DNA of 63,965 nt, filler included, from Reticulomyxa filosa (Eukaryota > Protista > Foraminifera): NCBI GenBank assembly GCA_000512085.1. It is 16 parts of 16 records of this genome, joined end to end, with 100 filler letters (N's around TTAATTAATTAA, not from the genome) between each part and the next. Parts side by side here need not be neighbours in the genome. Positions count along the whole stretch, not along the records: positions 1 to 4,633 come from ASPP01009158.1; positions 4,734 to 9,898 come from ASPP01013332.1; positions 9,999 to 12,160 come from ASPP01019920.1; positions 12,261 to 16,250 come from ASPP01001051.1; 12 more parts are not named here. The stretch is one strand, 5' to 3'. The translations under genes were made by a program, and so were the position numbers. Shown here piece by piece: positions 1 through 13,935 of the stretch. The notes under the pieces are model-generated. The model saw nothing but the letters and a program-made list of their open reading frames with translations, was not told where the DNA came from and searched no databases. Position 1 is the stretch's first letter. Each line of letters begins with the position of its first letter.

Positions 1-33
1 TTTTTTTAATTCATAGTCCCCCTTTTTTGATAG

Positions 34-443
34 CTGTGAAAACATGCCCACAAAACGCGTACATACCCTATATGCAATGCATACAATCCTAAAGGCGCAG
101 ATAATCCTGCGAGAGGTGGAAAAGTGGCTCGAAGTGCTCCCTATGGACCAACCCGCCCTGAAAACGAAGTGCCGCTGGTGTGGAAGCTGGCCAATGAAAG
201 AGCTGCGGAAGAAAGGATCAACAGTGTTGAGCCGAAAAAAAAGAGCCATTGGTATGGAAGTTGACCCGAGAAAAGGCCGTGGAAGAAAGAGCTAAACATC
301 TAGAGCAAGCCAAAGGATCGATGTGGACATTCGCCACTCCTCCGTCTGGGAGATCACCGATCACAACAAACGTGCAAAAGGCCACCACGCTATCCGTGAT
401 GAGTTCTTCCAAAGATTATCCCACTTTATATGCTAAGCCGTGA
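34..443 (+). CDS. Terminal exon of an unknown protein with a short internal repeat; apparent frameshift in an A8 run at about 235-242
   Basis: One frame reads ..EVPLVWKLANERAAEERINSVEPKK and another continues KEPLVWKLTREKAVEERAKHLEQ..YAKP*. A candidate TAG acceptor lies at about 31-33. Confidence 0.5.
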
Positions 444-1393
444 AGTCTTTTCAAATGGGAAAAGAGAGAGAAAGGGAAAGACAACAATAATTCATTTTCC
501 AAAATCGTCATCGAATTTGTTTGTTTTTTTTTTTAAACTCTAAACTACGTATATAAAAAAAACAAAAAAAAAATTCAATGAACCAATGACACCCCCCCCT
601 CTCAGGAACTTATATTTTATGCTTCAGATGTTGCTAATCGAAAATTTATTTGTTGTTGTCCCACTCTTTCCAACAAAATTTTTTGGTCTGGATACACGAA
701 AGCAGAACTAAGGAAAAGGATTTTTTTTTCCCTTCTTTTTTCCATGTTTTTATTTGCTCTTTCTATTTTTTCGTCCTACAGTCTTTTATTTTGTTTTTAT
801 TTTTTTATTTTTTTTTTTCTTTGTCCAAGAGAAATTGCTGTCGCTTGGTGTTATTATTTTTCAAATTTGTCCGTTGCAAAAGTCAAATTCTTTTTTTTTA
901 CAGCAGGTTGAAAAGCTCATGTTCTGCACCGGCAAAGTGGAAAGGCCTGACCGTGTGACTTAATTATGCAACTTGTTTATTATATGTGTGCGATGGTATT
1001 GGTATCTTTGTTTGTTTATTTTTGTTTGTTACTTATTTGTTTTCTTTTTTTTAGAAACAATGTTCACCATGAGGTCTTTTCCCAGATGGCACAATTTCTC
1101 CTGTCATGGTTTTTTTTAGTTTTTCCATTCAATCTTGTTGTATGGAAAATGTGCAGTTTTTATGTATTGGTTGTATTATAACAATTTTTACAATAATAGT
1201 GATTGTTGGGTTCAACCAATTCAATTTCTTTTTTTTTTGTACAAACCATGACAACAACACTCGTAAATTTTGACATTACAGAAATATTGCAAAAAGTAAG
1301 GCTGTTTCAAGTGGAATGAAAAGTTGAACGTATGAAAGGTTTTTTATCCATACTTTTAATTAAGAAATTCTCAAATTAATAAATTGTGTTTAA

Positions 1394-2570
1394 ATGCGTA
1401 CATCACAAACATATACTCAAGCTTCATTTTCTGGGATGGAATATCTTCGTCGTCTCTTTAGCACGTCCCAAATGGACTTCCAATACGCTGTTTGGCAAAT
1501 GCGATCTCTTCTCTCCTCTCCAAAAAGCGTGTATGCTCGTTATTTTTTTCCTTTTCCAAATATCAAAAAAAAACAAGTGACAACACCAAATGAGCTGACA
1601 ATCACTCTGATATTGATTTGACTGATAGATACAACGCAACAAAGACCCGAAAGCGTAAGTAACGCAAAGTTTTAAAAATGTTTGAAAAATACTTAGAGAA
1701 AATCAAAACAAAAAACAAAATAAAACAAAATTGTAAATCTTGAAGATATCAAGAATCAATGGGCACGTGACGATCCAGCGTTCGTGGTAATATTATTAGT
1801 AGTAATGTTGTCTTCAAATTTATTGCATACATTAATATTCGGAGAACGAACGCTTGGAAATCTTTTTGTTGTCATTTTACAAACAATTTTTATTGATTTT
1901 TTATTTTTCAGCGTTGTTTTTTCGTCGATATTTTGGTATTGCCCACAAACAAAATACATCCATGTCCTTTCCAAAACAATGACTTGAATGTAATCGTCTT
2001 CAAAAAAACGAAAACACGAATGCGTGGTTTGTGCTTTGTGTTTTAATGATATGAACAAAGGATAATCGTAAATAGGTCATTGTTGCGAAGTCGTACGGAA
2101 GCATCAATGTTTAGCTTGCTGTCAATGGAATACAACAAATTAAATAGAGATGGAAGCACTGTGGAATGGCTTTATTCATTTGATATTCATTGCAATTCTT
2201 ATTTTATTTATTTTGTTGTTTCCAATGTCATCATCTTGTTGTTAGCACCCTTTTTATTGCGAAGCAACTTATTTAGTTTGATTTCTGGGAATTCTATCTA
2301 TTTGATTGCTGTCATTGGCTATTTTTATGTATCATTTCTTGGATATGATGGTCACTTCTTATTTTACTTTTGTTTGTCCATTCTTTTGTCTGCTTTGGTC
2401 AATTGTGTTTGTTGTTTTTGTGCTACATCACAGCATTACCAATGGTTAGAAATGCCGAGCGATTATTGTATCCATTGCCGGTTGTTGCGATATTGTATTT
2501 ATTATCTATGTTGCTACACTTTGATGTGGCGCATATGCTGCTGAGGTTTCACTACGGATATGATGCCTAA
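1394..2570 (+). CDS. UNC50: UNC-50/Gmh1 family Golgi membrane protein (about 5 exons)
   Basis: Family motifs YLRRLF..QMDFQYAVWQM..L.SPKSV, KNQWARDDPAF and VEWLYSFDIHCNSYF lie in separate exons with GT..AG introns. Stop TAA at 2568-2570. Confidence 0.93.
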
Positions 2571-3120
2571 ACAATATAAAAATTATGAAACATTTACAAA
2601 CGTAAAAATTGCCTGAGGGTTTTATTTCTTACCTCAAATATAATCAACACGTATTTTCAAACTAACTGCAATACATTTCATCAATTTGTTTTGTTTTTTT
2701 TTCTTTACTGACCCAAATCCTATCGTGCAATTTGAAATGAAATATCTGTAACGTGTCCCTAAATTACAGGTCACTGAAAAAATTGTTGTTTTTGTTGAGT
2801 TTAATTGCAATGATCAATAACATTAAAATTCATCAATGAAAGTCCCGTGTACTTACTTCCTTTACACTTTAGACAAATTTTCCTTATTCACAAAAAGATA
2901 AGAGTACAATTTTCCAGTCACAACTCTAAATATCCATATCATGCCAAACCAAAAATTGGACAACCTTTAATAATATCTCTGATTTGTTTTTTTCAAGAAA
3001 TAGATGACTGTGCAACTTGCAAACGAAAAACAACAAAATCTCACATTTGACTCAACAACAACAAAAAAAACTGGACGAAGAAAAAAAGTAAACACAAAAG
3101 AAACACCCGCATGGACATCT

Positions 3121-4568
3121 TTATTCTGTCTTAAGGAGCTTCAACACATTTTTTTTGGAAAGAAAATCAGGTGTGCCATTAGTTTTCAAATAAAACAGAG
3201 ATTGGAATTCTTGCATGTTGAAGACAACATCATGTAAAGAGTTTTCACGAACGACACCACTTTTGCGGTTAATTTGAAAGGGCTTCTTTTTTGACGTATC
3301 GATTTCGATGGTGTGTTGTGCTGCACGCAATGATTTTTCAGTGCCATGTCCACAAACTAGTACCAATGCCGCTTTTTTACGACTAAATCGAAATAGGCAA
3401 GTGCCGGGCTTAATTTTTAATTGTTCTTTCTGTTTGTTTTTTTTCCATCAACCAAAAAAAGGAGCATATTATCATACAAAAGTCATGTCAGCAATGCAAC
3501 ATACACTATTTTGTATGCAAGAAATACAAATAACAAACGAATGATAGCACTTTAACTTTGCTGACATAATAAACGGCCCTCGTGGATGGGATCATTCCAA
3601 TGATTAGCGTGGGATCAGAACGAAAATAAAAAGGTGCAATTTCTGGCAGCAAGACCAAATCCAACAACTTGTTGAAGTACTCAAAAAACATCCCAAACAC
3701 ATCAATGGGGATGCCATTGGAATTAGTTCGAGAGCCATCACCTATAATGGAAAGATCATTGCCACCACGACTGCTCCCATCTCTGGATTGGCTATATTTG
3801 TCACCACTGTGATCGCGATTCGATCGCTTAGACCCCTCCTTGCTGATATCGTTGCCAGTGATACTCAAGCTACTGCGACGAGGCGTGTGACTTGTTTTTT
3901 TGTGTTTGGATTGCAACCACCTTAACAAGAGATTTTTTTTTTTTTTTTTAGTTTTGTTTTCGGATTGAAAATGTCGTTGCGATTCGAATTCAACCTTTTG
4001 TTTTATGTTTTGAATTGTTTTGTGTTTAAGTTTGCCAAAAAATATATATATTTATATAACAATAAACTCCGGCTAGTGCGGCAAAATGTGGGAATAATTC
4101 ATCCATGATAAATTCATGTTCGAAACTCTTTGGTGAATCAATATTCAATGGTCTACGCTTAGCATTTTCAGTGCCGACTTTTTCTCGATAAAATTTTTTA
4201 ATAAATTGAGTAATGGCAACCCAGTCTCCAAAAGGACTATATTGGAAAGTGGTGACCCAAAATTCCCTTGCGGCTTCGTTATTGATTTTCTCGCGAATTT
4301 GACCAAAGTCCAAAGCATTCCCGCCCGTGGTGGCAGGAAGGTAGTACTTATGATTCATCGTTTTGTAGTTATACTCTGCAGCCTTGGTTGTTAGCTGTTG
4401 AAGTACATTGCCAATTTCCATGCTGTCTTTCTGCGCGTCCCCTTGGGTATATTCCAGCACCGCATACATTACCACCTCCGGATTGCCTTTGCAAGTGCCG
4501 ATTAATTTCTCGAGTCTTTTGTTATTCTTTTGGTCCAGCAATTGTGTATTCAGATGTTCCCGCCGCAA
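3121..4568 (-). CDS. Hypothetical spliced protein(s), probably 5'-truncated by the contig end
   Basis: Coding-like segments 4026-4568, 3506-3928 and 3230-3370 are separated by AT-rich intron-like DNA. No family recognised, and it is unclear whether this is one gene or two. Confidence 0.5.
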
Positions 4569-4633
4569 TATATCAGTATTTTTTTCATCGTTATTATTAT
4601 TAGTATTATTATTAGTATTATTATTAGTATTAT

Positions 4634-4733
4634 NNNNNNNNNNNNNNNNNNNNNNNNNNNNNNNNNNNNNNNNNNNNTTAATTAATTAANNNNNNNNNNN
4701 NNNNNNNNNNNNNNNNNNNNNNNNNNNNNNNNN
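4634..4733. other. Artificial contig-joining spacer (first of 15)
   Basis: N44-TTAATTAATTAA-N44. Identical 100-nt spacers start at 4634, 9899, 12161, 16251, 22026, 23683, 26471, 28056, 37262, 38706, 44959, 49475, 57270, 61165 and 62866. ORFs ending in X..LIN are artefacts of this linker. Confidence 0.99.
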
Positions 4734-7018
4734 TGTAGATGTGAATTTCGATTTCATGTGTTGTGCGCATGGTTTGCAGGATATCACATGCATGTGGAGA
4801 TCAATCATGAAACGGGATCGATAATACCACGGGCGTTTTGTTCGGATCATACTCCTGCCGAGCACGGCGGGAAGGAACGAAAGCTGGTGCATTACCAGTC
4901 GCTCCGCACGTGCGGTCGCACCGACAACAATCCACAAGCTCGGCTGCACGGCAAGCAAACCTTATTAGGAGTCTTTCGCTCCGCTGAAAATGAAACGGAA
5001 ACAGATCAGGGCAGTGTTGTCAACGGAGGGGGACCAGGACCAGTTGCCAATGAGTCCAACCAACGTGACTCAGATATTTACGAGCCGGAGCGGTGTGCCG
5101 TTTGTTTTGATGACAGGTAATTTACGACAATAAAAAGGATATATACATACATATACAATATACATACATATATATATATATATGTATATGTATACATATA
5201 TAAGAACTGATGCCAATCACTTTCGCATGATTCGATGCTGCCAATGCCACATTGATGTGCACTGTGCGTGTTATGGCGTGAATGATAAAAAAGGTCTTCC
5301 TTCTCATTGGTTGTGCGACGCCTGTACAGTGTTACCTTCCAGTGAGCTGATTCAATGCTTGGCTTGTCTACGAAAAGGAGGCGCGTTCAAACCTGATCGA
5401 AACTTCAGACATTGGATCCATTTGTGCTGTGCTCTTTGGATCGACGAGAACATAAAGATTAGCATGCCGCCAATAGGTCCTGTGGGCATCGATGCAGCAT
5501 TGCCAAGCAGTCAAAAGCAAAAAAGAACAGGAGGAGGAAGCAATGGCAATGGCAATGGCAATGACAATGACAATGACAATGATAATGATAATGATAATGA
5601 TAATGAAGAGGAGTATACTACCACTATTCGCATATGTCAGGATTTGAAATCACTGTATCGCAAGTATAATTCCATCAGTTCGACCAGCTCGATTTCCAGC
5701 GATTTTGAAACGTGTCACTTTTGTCGTGTCCCCAAAGGGGCCCTGTTGCATTGCATGGAAGAAAAGTGCAAATTGAGTTTCCATCCTTTGTGTGGGCTAT
5801 TCGCTGGATGCTTTATGGTGATGTCGTCCTCATCGGATGAAAATGCCAAGGCAAAGAACGGTCGAGTGTATTATTGTTTGAGCCATTCGCCGATCTTATC
5901 TCCGGCAGTCGCGCGAGGCAATGCCGGGAATGTCTGTGTTCCAGAGTCATATTTGCGCATTTTACAATTAAAAGAGCTGTGGAATACTTGCAAAATGCAA
6001 TTGCAAGAGTGGAAGCAGTCGAAAATGTATTCGCGAGGGTTGATGGCCACCAGCTATGCTGCCTTTCAAGCTGCAGAATTACAAAGACTATGTTCGGAAG
6101 AGCGAACCATTTCGGATGGACAAGAGTCTGGTCCTGGTCCTGGTCCTGTCCACAATGATCACGAACCGGAAAAGAAGAAAACAACCGGCGCAAATCACAA
6201 AGCCAATACGGATAAACAAACCCCTGCTTTGAGGACTGGCAGAACGCGCAAAACCAAACGTCCAAGAACTGAAACACATTGCCACAGCTCCATTTCTGAT
6301 GGCACTTCAGAGCCACCAACAAAAAAAAGGAGGATTAGCACTCGCACAAAAAAACTCATCTCTTCCTCGCCTCTGGAACGACAATCTCAACAACGCCAAA
6401 AACGGCAAAGGCCTCAACCACAGTCATCTTTGACAACAAAAATACTCGCAGCAAAAAAATTGTTGAGAGTGATACTGAAATTGAATACAATAATGGGTCC
6501 TCTGACGAAAGTGACGATGTTGGAGATATTGTCGATTTCAGCAGGATACGCGACAAGGGATTGGTTCGCATTGAAAAAAGTAAAGAAAGTATTAAGATTC
6601 GTTTCAACAAAACAGCTATTCCGTATGATGTTGAATCTAAAACTTCCAGTTGATATCAAATTTTTGCATAAATAAAGTCACTATAGACAAAATTAATACG
6701 CAATAACAATGAGATTTTGTGTTTGCTTTTTTTTTAGAAATAATGAACCTTATACCACTCCCACCCCCGCTTCCAGTTGTTGAAAGTGCTGCGCATGGAG
6801 GTGCTTCCTTTGCTGTAACAATGCCTGATTCGCAGTCCAAATCCCTTGGAACAACAAAAGAAAAGCCATTACCTTCAGCCCAAGGGAAAAAGCAAGAGAC
6901 AAACAGAGGGCCAACCACGTCCGGGACAAGTTCGGTATCTGAGGGACAGCTAACTTTAGACGTCTTAGCGGCTCTATGTTGTGAAGTATTAAAAGAAAAT
7001 AAACTTTCAAAAAAGTGA
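4734..7018 (+). CDS. PHD-finger chromatin protein with a PZP (PHD-Zn knuckle-ePHD) module, BRPF/JADE/AF10-like; 5'-truncated
   Basis: CAVC..CCQCHIDVHCACYGV..WLCDAC, CLAC..GGAFK..WIHLCCALW and CHFC..GALLHC..C..SFHPLC..YCLSH. In-frame intron 5117-5204 (GAC AG|A ACT). The 3' end is uncertain (6675, or a final exon ending at 7018). Confidence 0.88.
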
Positions 7019-7352
7019 TATCATTGTTTCTTGTTGAACTTTCTAATTTGCGACTGATTAACAACTACTTATTTCAGATTAAATTTGTTCTTGCAACGTA
7101 GGCTCTGTTATCCCGATAACTGGGATACCGTGTGATCTTCAATGTCCATTTTTGTGGAATTAAAATCTGAATATACGGTTCTTAAAAAAAAAAAATGTTC
7201 AAAACTGGAAAGAAGGCATTTTATACAAGGAGCAAAATTTTACTACAACTGTTAATAAAAAAAAGGGAAAAGCAATGTGAAAAAAAAATTGAAAACTAAG
7301 AGAAAAAAGGATGGAAAAACGGCCCAAAATAAAAGTGGTTCAATGCACATCC

Positions 7353-8575
7353 TCAAAGCGCAGCAATTTCAGACTTAATTTTTTGTTTGGAAAAGCTGGC
7401 AGTAAAATTTTGTAATCCAATATGACACGTGGCACAATATTTATTGTAATGATCGGCTCCAAACGAAGTTTGTAAATACAAACCCCATAATATAATAGAC
7501 AAGAAAAAGGAGGACAAAACAGAAAGTGCTACCAGAGAGACAGTTCCTCGCGCAACTTGAGGGGTTCCTAGAGTTGTTTCGATAACCGTTTTTAAGGAAA
7601 TACACAAACTATTTAAAAGAGTGTATTTGGTCATCATCCGAACTAAATCAACTTCCACATTTTTGAAGGGAACAGTGGTTCTAGGGAGTTCAGTTTCAAT
7701 ATCAATCTCTGGTGATAAAGAAGCAACGTTGCCAGTGTTATAAAGAGCGAGCTTTGTGTGAGCAATATACGTTTCCTTATAAGAAACTTTTAATACTTGA
7801 TACAACTTTTGAACAAATAAAAATATCAGCAAAGCACCAGTAAAAGTGTCAACTATGAATATTACCGCATACATAATTGTAATTAATATCATGTCTCTAC
7901 CTTGCCGATTGATCAGCGTTTTTGATTCTGATAAATTTACAGCCGCAAATATTAATACCACAATTATCGATAAAAACAACAAAGCGACCAATCCAGTTGC
8001 TGACCAAGTCACTCTTGGAGAATACTCAAAGACTGAGCCACGAAACGATATAATGATGCGTCTTATAAGCAACAGATATCTGTGTACTCATAAACAAATA
8101 TAATTATACGTTGTTTTCCTTTCACAAAAAATAAGCAAATAAATAAAAACGTAACAAAAAACATGATCCCAACACAAATGTATTCTTTGCAATCAAAATT
8201 TGGGCTCTCTGTTTTATGTCGAGATTATTGTAAATTGTACTGAAGTGATAACCATCTTCAGTGGCTGTCTCAACTACTGCAAATATCGCAAGGGTACATA
8301 ACCAATAGAAAAACATACTTAAATCTATTATTTTTATTCGTTACATACGCCACAACGATTACTTACAATACTTATATTCGTGTCCGATGGTCTACATAAA
8401 AAAATGATTTGTAACTTGTGTAAATTCTTATTCTTAGGTCCACAGGTACGTCGTTTTTTTCTTTTTTAAGATTCTGGTAAAATATCGTGACTACAGCAGC
8501 AGTGGAAATACACGTTGAAATACTGATCAGAATATAGATAAAAGTTTTGGCAGTGTTGTTTTTAATGGATTCCAT
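7353..8575 (-). CDS. Multi-pass (7TM/GPCR-like) membrane protein, spliced
   Basis: Several hydrophobic helices across ORFs 8372-8575, 8122-8316 and 7353-8072, with a long cytoplasmic loop and a C-terminal 'YNKYCATCH' segment. Confidence 0.65.
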
Positions 8576-9279
8576 CGCATAATACTTTAATTCTAGCCCC
8601 TACGAGTTTTTTTGTTAATCAAAAACTGCTTTTCTTATTTGTTAACTAGTTTAGTACGGTATTACAATTAGCAAGTTGTAACTTGAAGAGCTTTGGTTTT
8701 GCCATAAATAAAAAATGGCATATTTTTACTACCAAGTTAGTTCCTCTGTTTTTTCAAGGTGACAATTAGTCTAGCAAAACTTTTAAATATTTAGTTTTCA
8801 AAATAGTAGTTGAAATTGTTGAAACAGTAACCGGGTTAATCACATTACCCAAATTGTTCCCACACCCATATAACAATAAAAATTGGAAAAAAACCTCAAC
8901 AATAAAAGCTCTTTTTTTTTTAAAGAAAAATAAACAAAGCCAATAATGATACTGGGACAATGCACGCAAACTAGCACACCAAACAGAAAGCAGTGTCGTA
9001 TTGACAATAGCTGTCAATAGCACATCTGAATTGTATGTGAACCTTTCATCCAACACAAAGCAGAGAAATATGTGTATATATTATAATAGGGAAGGAGGTA
9101 AAAAATTTTAGTTATCAAATCTGCTGTTTTGAAAGACATATTCTAGGACAAACAAAAAAACCTAAAAAAAAGAGAAAAACTAACTTTTTGTTGAGTCCTT
9201 TTTTTTATCTTAGTATTTTGATTTTTTTTTTTAATTATTGGGAAGTTAAATTTGTTTATTGAATTATGAATTGCACTAG

Positions 9280-9898
9280 CTACGGTTGAGACGCGACGTC
9301 AACGGCAACATGTTGCAGATCAGAGGCTAGCATATTGTCAAAGCGAATTTCGACAGAATCCTTCGCGCTTGGTTCACGAGAGAATGACTGGTGTTGTATA
9401 TCTTGTGCCTGTTGCTCGTGTGCATCGGGATTGTTGTAATTGTCCGTCGCCGTGCACACTTCAATCCCACAAAATTCAAATACCTTTTTAATGATGTTGA
9501 TGACAACACTCAGTGGAATAATTACCGCGATAAACAAGAAAAACAACAGCCAACCGACCCAACAGCCACCTGCACAATTGCATGATTTTTATGCAAATAA
9601 GTTGACCAACCAATCAAACAAAGTGAATTCAATAAACATGACACACGACTGCAAATCAAAAAAAAAAAAAAAAAAAAAAAGTAAAACCTAAAATTCGGGT
9701 GAAAGTGCATTCTCGTTCATCTGTGGGACTCATAAGCAAGCTCTCGCCACACCACACACACGGAAAGCACAAACAAGCTAAAGGGACCGCAATGGCCAAA
9801 GCAGGGATAGCGAAAATGCATCCAAAAAAAACGAGTGTGATGACCAGCCACCGAGGAGGCGGCGGGCCCATTTCCGCTTCCACTCCCTCAAATTGCCG
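9280..9898 (-). CDS. Small Cys-rich membrane protein, spliced, 5'-truncated
   Basis: Exons WLVITLVFFGCIFAIPALAIAVPLACLCFPCVWCG and GGCWVGWLLFFLFIAVIIPLSVV..ASQP* flank a T-rich intron. Confidence 0.55.
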
Positions 9899-12659
9899 NN
9901 NNNNNNNNNNNNNNNNNNNNNNNNNNNNNNNNNNNNNNNNNNTTAATTAATTAANNNNNNNNNNNNNNNNNNNNNNNNNNNNNNNNNNNNNNNNNNNNTT
10001 GAAGAGTTGTGATATCATAAGTGTAATACGATTGGATATGTGAAAGGGCTGGAAACAGAGACCTTGGGTCTGACAATGGACATGCTAATGATATGCACGT
10101 TAGGCTTGAAGAATGCTTGGGAAGAGATATCAAATGTGGTTTTAATGGCGTGCCGCTGGGATTCATTATGTAAATCACAAACAACTTTACAAGCGCTTCC
10201 AAAATATGACGCAGGTGCTACTCAATGATGGCACTAACAATTTTGATCCTGATGTTTCTATTGAGATGGATCCTGGATGGATCGATCAAGCCTATTCTAT
10301 TTTCAAGGAAGGCGCGCAACAACTAATTGATTTATACTCCAGCAAACAAGGTGATCCACTTATCCAAAGGGAAAATCTTAACTACAAATAAGACAGCCTA
10401 CAAAAAAACATCCACTCTATTGTTGAGAGATTTATGAAGCGATGTAATGTTGATGTCATCGATACTAATTTTTTTCTTTCATTTTTGATATCATATTGTA
10501 AAAGAGATAACTGAATTTAAAAAAAAGACGAGCCAAAACAAGTGTCTACCTTTTTTCAAACATACGCATTTATCTTTTCCTCAAAAATTGAATTTTTTAA
10601 AAAGTATTGAAAAGATTACATTTTTGTTAAGGAACAGCAGAATTTATAATGATAGTTTTGTACAGAAGATTGGCACATTTCATCTTCAAACAAAAGAAAT
10701 AAAAATAAAAAAAACCAACAAGTTTAAAATTATCACACAACTCTAAATCCAAGCTGCATGTTTGTACTAATATCACTAGAGTTTTTTGTGGATGATCTTT
10801 CGTGACGAATATTTATTCAAAACGACCACATCTTCAGTTTTGACCTTTTTTGTGAATGCTTCCAATGTTTCAACATATATAATTTTCGGTCTTTGGTTTC
10901 CAACGATTGATTTATTTGTTGACGCGTTCAATGATCCAAAGGACTCTGTTTCTACAAAAATAAGCACTTTTCCGTTTTCATTGATTGATCATTGCTCACC
11001 AGGCAGGCTCCAACATTTTTGTCCATGTCTTTATTCTTATTTGTAATTCCATCACCTGGTCCACAATCAGTCCAATGCTTGTGGCATTAAAGTGTGTTCC
11101 TGTACCATTAGATAAAAAAAAACAACAAATTAATTTTTAAAAAAAGACAAAATAATAAATGTTTTTTGATAGCATACAAAATAAATAAACAAATATTTAT
11201 TCAAAAAATGTTTTTGGATAAATCAAAATAAAGACAAAACAGTTTCTTGCAATTGCACATACAATTATTGTTTTAAAGGCAGTTGAGTCAATGAAATATC
11301 GAATGGAATAACACGATTATTTGCTGCTATTCTTGCTTGACGATGACAGCACAGTTTTCTTATATCAGGAAAATAATCCAATCACCAACATACCACAATA
11401 TTGATATGTTCCATCAATCAATACGGAAATCATATCAATTTGCATGTATGGTGTGTGACATTTGAAATCACATACAACATACTCGATGCAAATATCCGAT
11501 CAACTGGATATGTCCAAATGATGCATATTGATGGTTGGAATGAATGTAATTAATTTTGATCTACTTTTGTTCATGTGAACCCGAACACGCATTGCTTTTC
11601 ATGGTGGGTTCATATTTCTTGTGTCGATACATCGTCGTATGATACTATTTGTCAATATTTTTGCATTTACTCTTTTTCTTTTCTTCTTCCTCCAAATCTA
11701 AAAGTAAAATACTCCAATAGATCCAATCTATGCACCACATTGATTTGATAATACATGTTACAACCACAGAAATACGCTTTTTCGTTTTGATTGATCTTTT
11801 TTTCTTGTGATATTACATGCCTTTTTTTCCACAATATTCTGATGTTGTGTTGTAAAAACACATTCATATACAATGAAAGAATATGTAATCTACTTCAATA
11901 TTTCTCCATTCTCTTCTGCAATCACTTTTGCTATGTTTGATAGTAACCCGTGACACTGTTATGCAACTTTTATTGCTACTGTCAATTGTTATGTTCTTGT
12001 TGTGTAAGTCACTGTACTTTTTTTAAATTAATACCAAATACTAATTTAAAAAATACACCAGGTCTTACACACGACAAACGATAAATCAATATTAATCACT
12101 AACATCATTGCAAGATTTTCTACTTGATTAATTTGGCTATTCTGCAATGGAATGGACCGANNNNNNNNNNNNNNNNNNNNNNNNNNNNNNNNNNNNNNNN
12201 NNNNTTAATTAATTAANNNNNNNNNNNNNNNNNNNNNNNNNNNNNNNNNNNNNNNNNNNNTGTGTATTTTAATGGAACAAAATTTTACGTTATAATCTAT
12301 AATTAAATTAAATTTTTTTAGACAAAAATATGTATCGATCGAAAAGTTTTTTATTAATTGAGTAGATAAGGATCAACAACCACATGTTTTGGATTTTATC
12401 ACGATATATGGATGCACGTTGTTAAAGACACAAACAAAATAAACAGTTTAGAGAGGCATTGCTTAAATAGAAGATTATCTATGAATCTAAATCAATTACA
12501 AGACAAAAGTTAAGTACACTTATACTTTTTTTTAGAAATACTTCTTTGTAAATTGGCAATCAGTTTTGATAGAATTATGAATTGTGCATAAGAAAAGATT
12601 TGAACAATAATTTTAAAATACGGACATTGTATATTGACATATCTGAATAGCTGGTCCTC

Positions 12660-13935
12660 CTATGGAATTATTTTCAGCATAAAAAGAATGACAATTGCTG
12701 CAATGAACAAAATAGCCAATAAACAGCACTGTCTCTATTGTTTAGTAAATAAGACGGATTTATGCGTGCATTACTTTATTATAAACGTAGTAGAAAAGAG
12801 TAACTTTTCGGAAAGATTTTTGATATTCATGAGCCTTTTGTAGTTCTTTGTGCCCTTTTTCTGTATAATTTAAAGTTTGATTGACATTATTTTCAATTTG
12901 ATCTAATACTTCTTGTTGTGAATCCACCAAGAGAGCTAATTGATTGAACATTTCTTGGAGATCTCTTACTCCTTGTTCGATTTGTAAAATACCTTCGTGC
13001 CGCTCTTCAATTTCAGCAACACGGTCCAACACCACTGATTTTTTGTTGATATTTGAAGGTAATATAACAAATATTAAAAAAAAGTGAATAAAATTTACCA
13101 TCTGACACAGTCCACAATTGTTGCATGAAAGCTGATGGATTGGGAGAATTGACAATTTCGTCAATTTGGTCTTGCGTTACATCCTTATTCACTTTTGTAT
13201 TTTGTGTAAAATATCGATTTCGTAAGAGAAAAACGGGAATTTGTTTTATTTCTAACCTAATTTTAATTGTCGAGCAATTTTGTTTCGAAGGCTTTGTTTG
13301 AAGCTTGCAGATGCACTATTAAACCCTGCTATTGCTTTCTGTTGTCAATAGCAACTTTTTTAGATCTATCGTTGTAGATACAAAAAAAAATTTTGTTGCC
13401 TGAAAGTGTAACGACGTGGTGTTCAATTTGTTGTGTCTCCATTGGGAAAGGGTAGAATATTGATGCTGGAGATCATATTCTTCGTTTCTTTGTTTGCATC
13501 CTTGCAATTGTTCTGTAATCCTCTTACCAACACTGCAAGTTTTAAGAATAACATCGTCCAGCTCCTTCATGATTTCTTTTCAAAACAAAAATAACATTTA
13601 TTTTATTCTTTTCACTATGTTGAAATGCAAACAAAACGTTTTTGTTCTGTTTCTGAAGATTCAGTATTACATCTTATTTCCAGCTTGGTAATCTCTTTGG
13701 TATTTTCAATAATGTTGTTGATTAGCTGCTGTACTGCATCAAACTCTTGCTGCGTCTTTCAAAATAAAATAAATTTAAGCAAAGACAAACATTGTTTTGC
13801 TTTTTTGAAAGGTAATCTTACCTCGTCCAAAACGGCAGTATCCTCATTGTTCTCATCTTCGTTTGAATTATTGATCACAACCACATTTTGGTCATTGGGA
13901 TCACCTGTAACTATTTCATCAAGCAAATTACGCAT
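12660..13935 (-). CDS. STX: Syntaxin (Qa-SNARE, plasma-membrane type), multi-exon
   Basis: N-peptide MRNLLDEI, Habc-like helices, SNARE motif EIEERHEGILQIEQGVRDLQEMFNQLALLVDSQQEVLDQIENNV and C-terminal TM CCLLAILFIAAIVILFMLKIIP*. Confidence 0.93.

Noticed and set aside
4678-4689. Recurring TTAATTAATTAA between N-runs as a biological repeat or CRISPR-like array
   Set aside because: It is an identical artificial linker joining contigs.
7070-7172. Possible structured ncRNA (TATCCC/GGGATA stem, Sm-like ATTTTTG)
   Set aside because: No match to U1/U2/U4/U5 signature sequences, and the stems are short enough to be chance.
9999-11700. Coding-like fragments with stops on both strands
   Set aside because: Probably decayed genes, but no family could be recognised.
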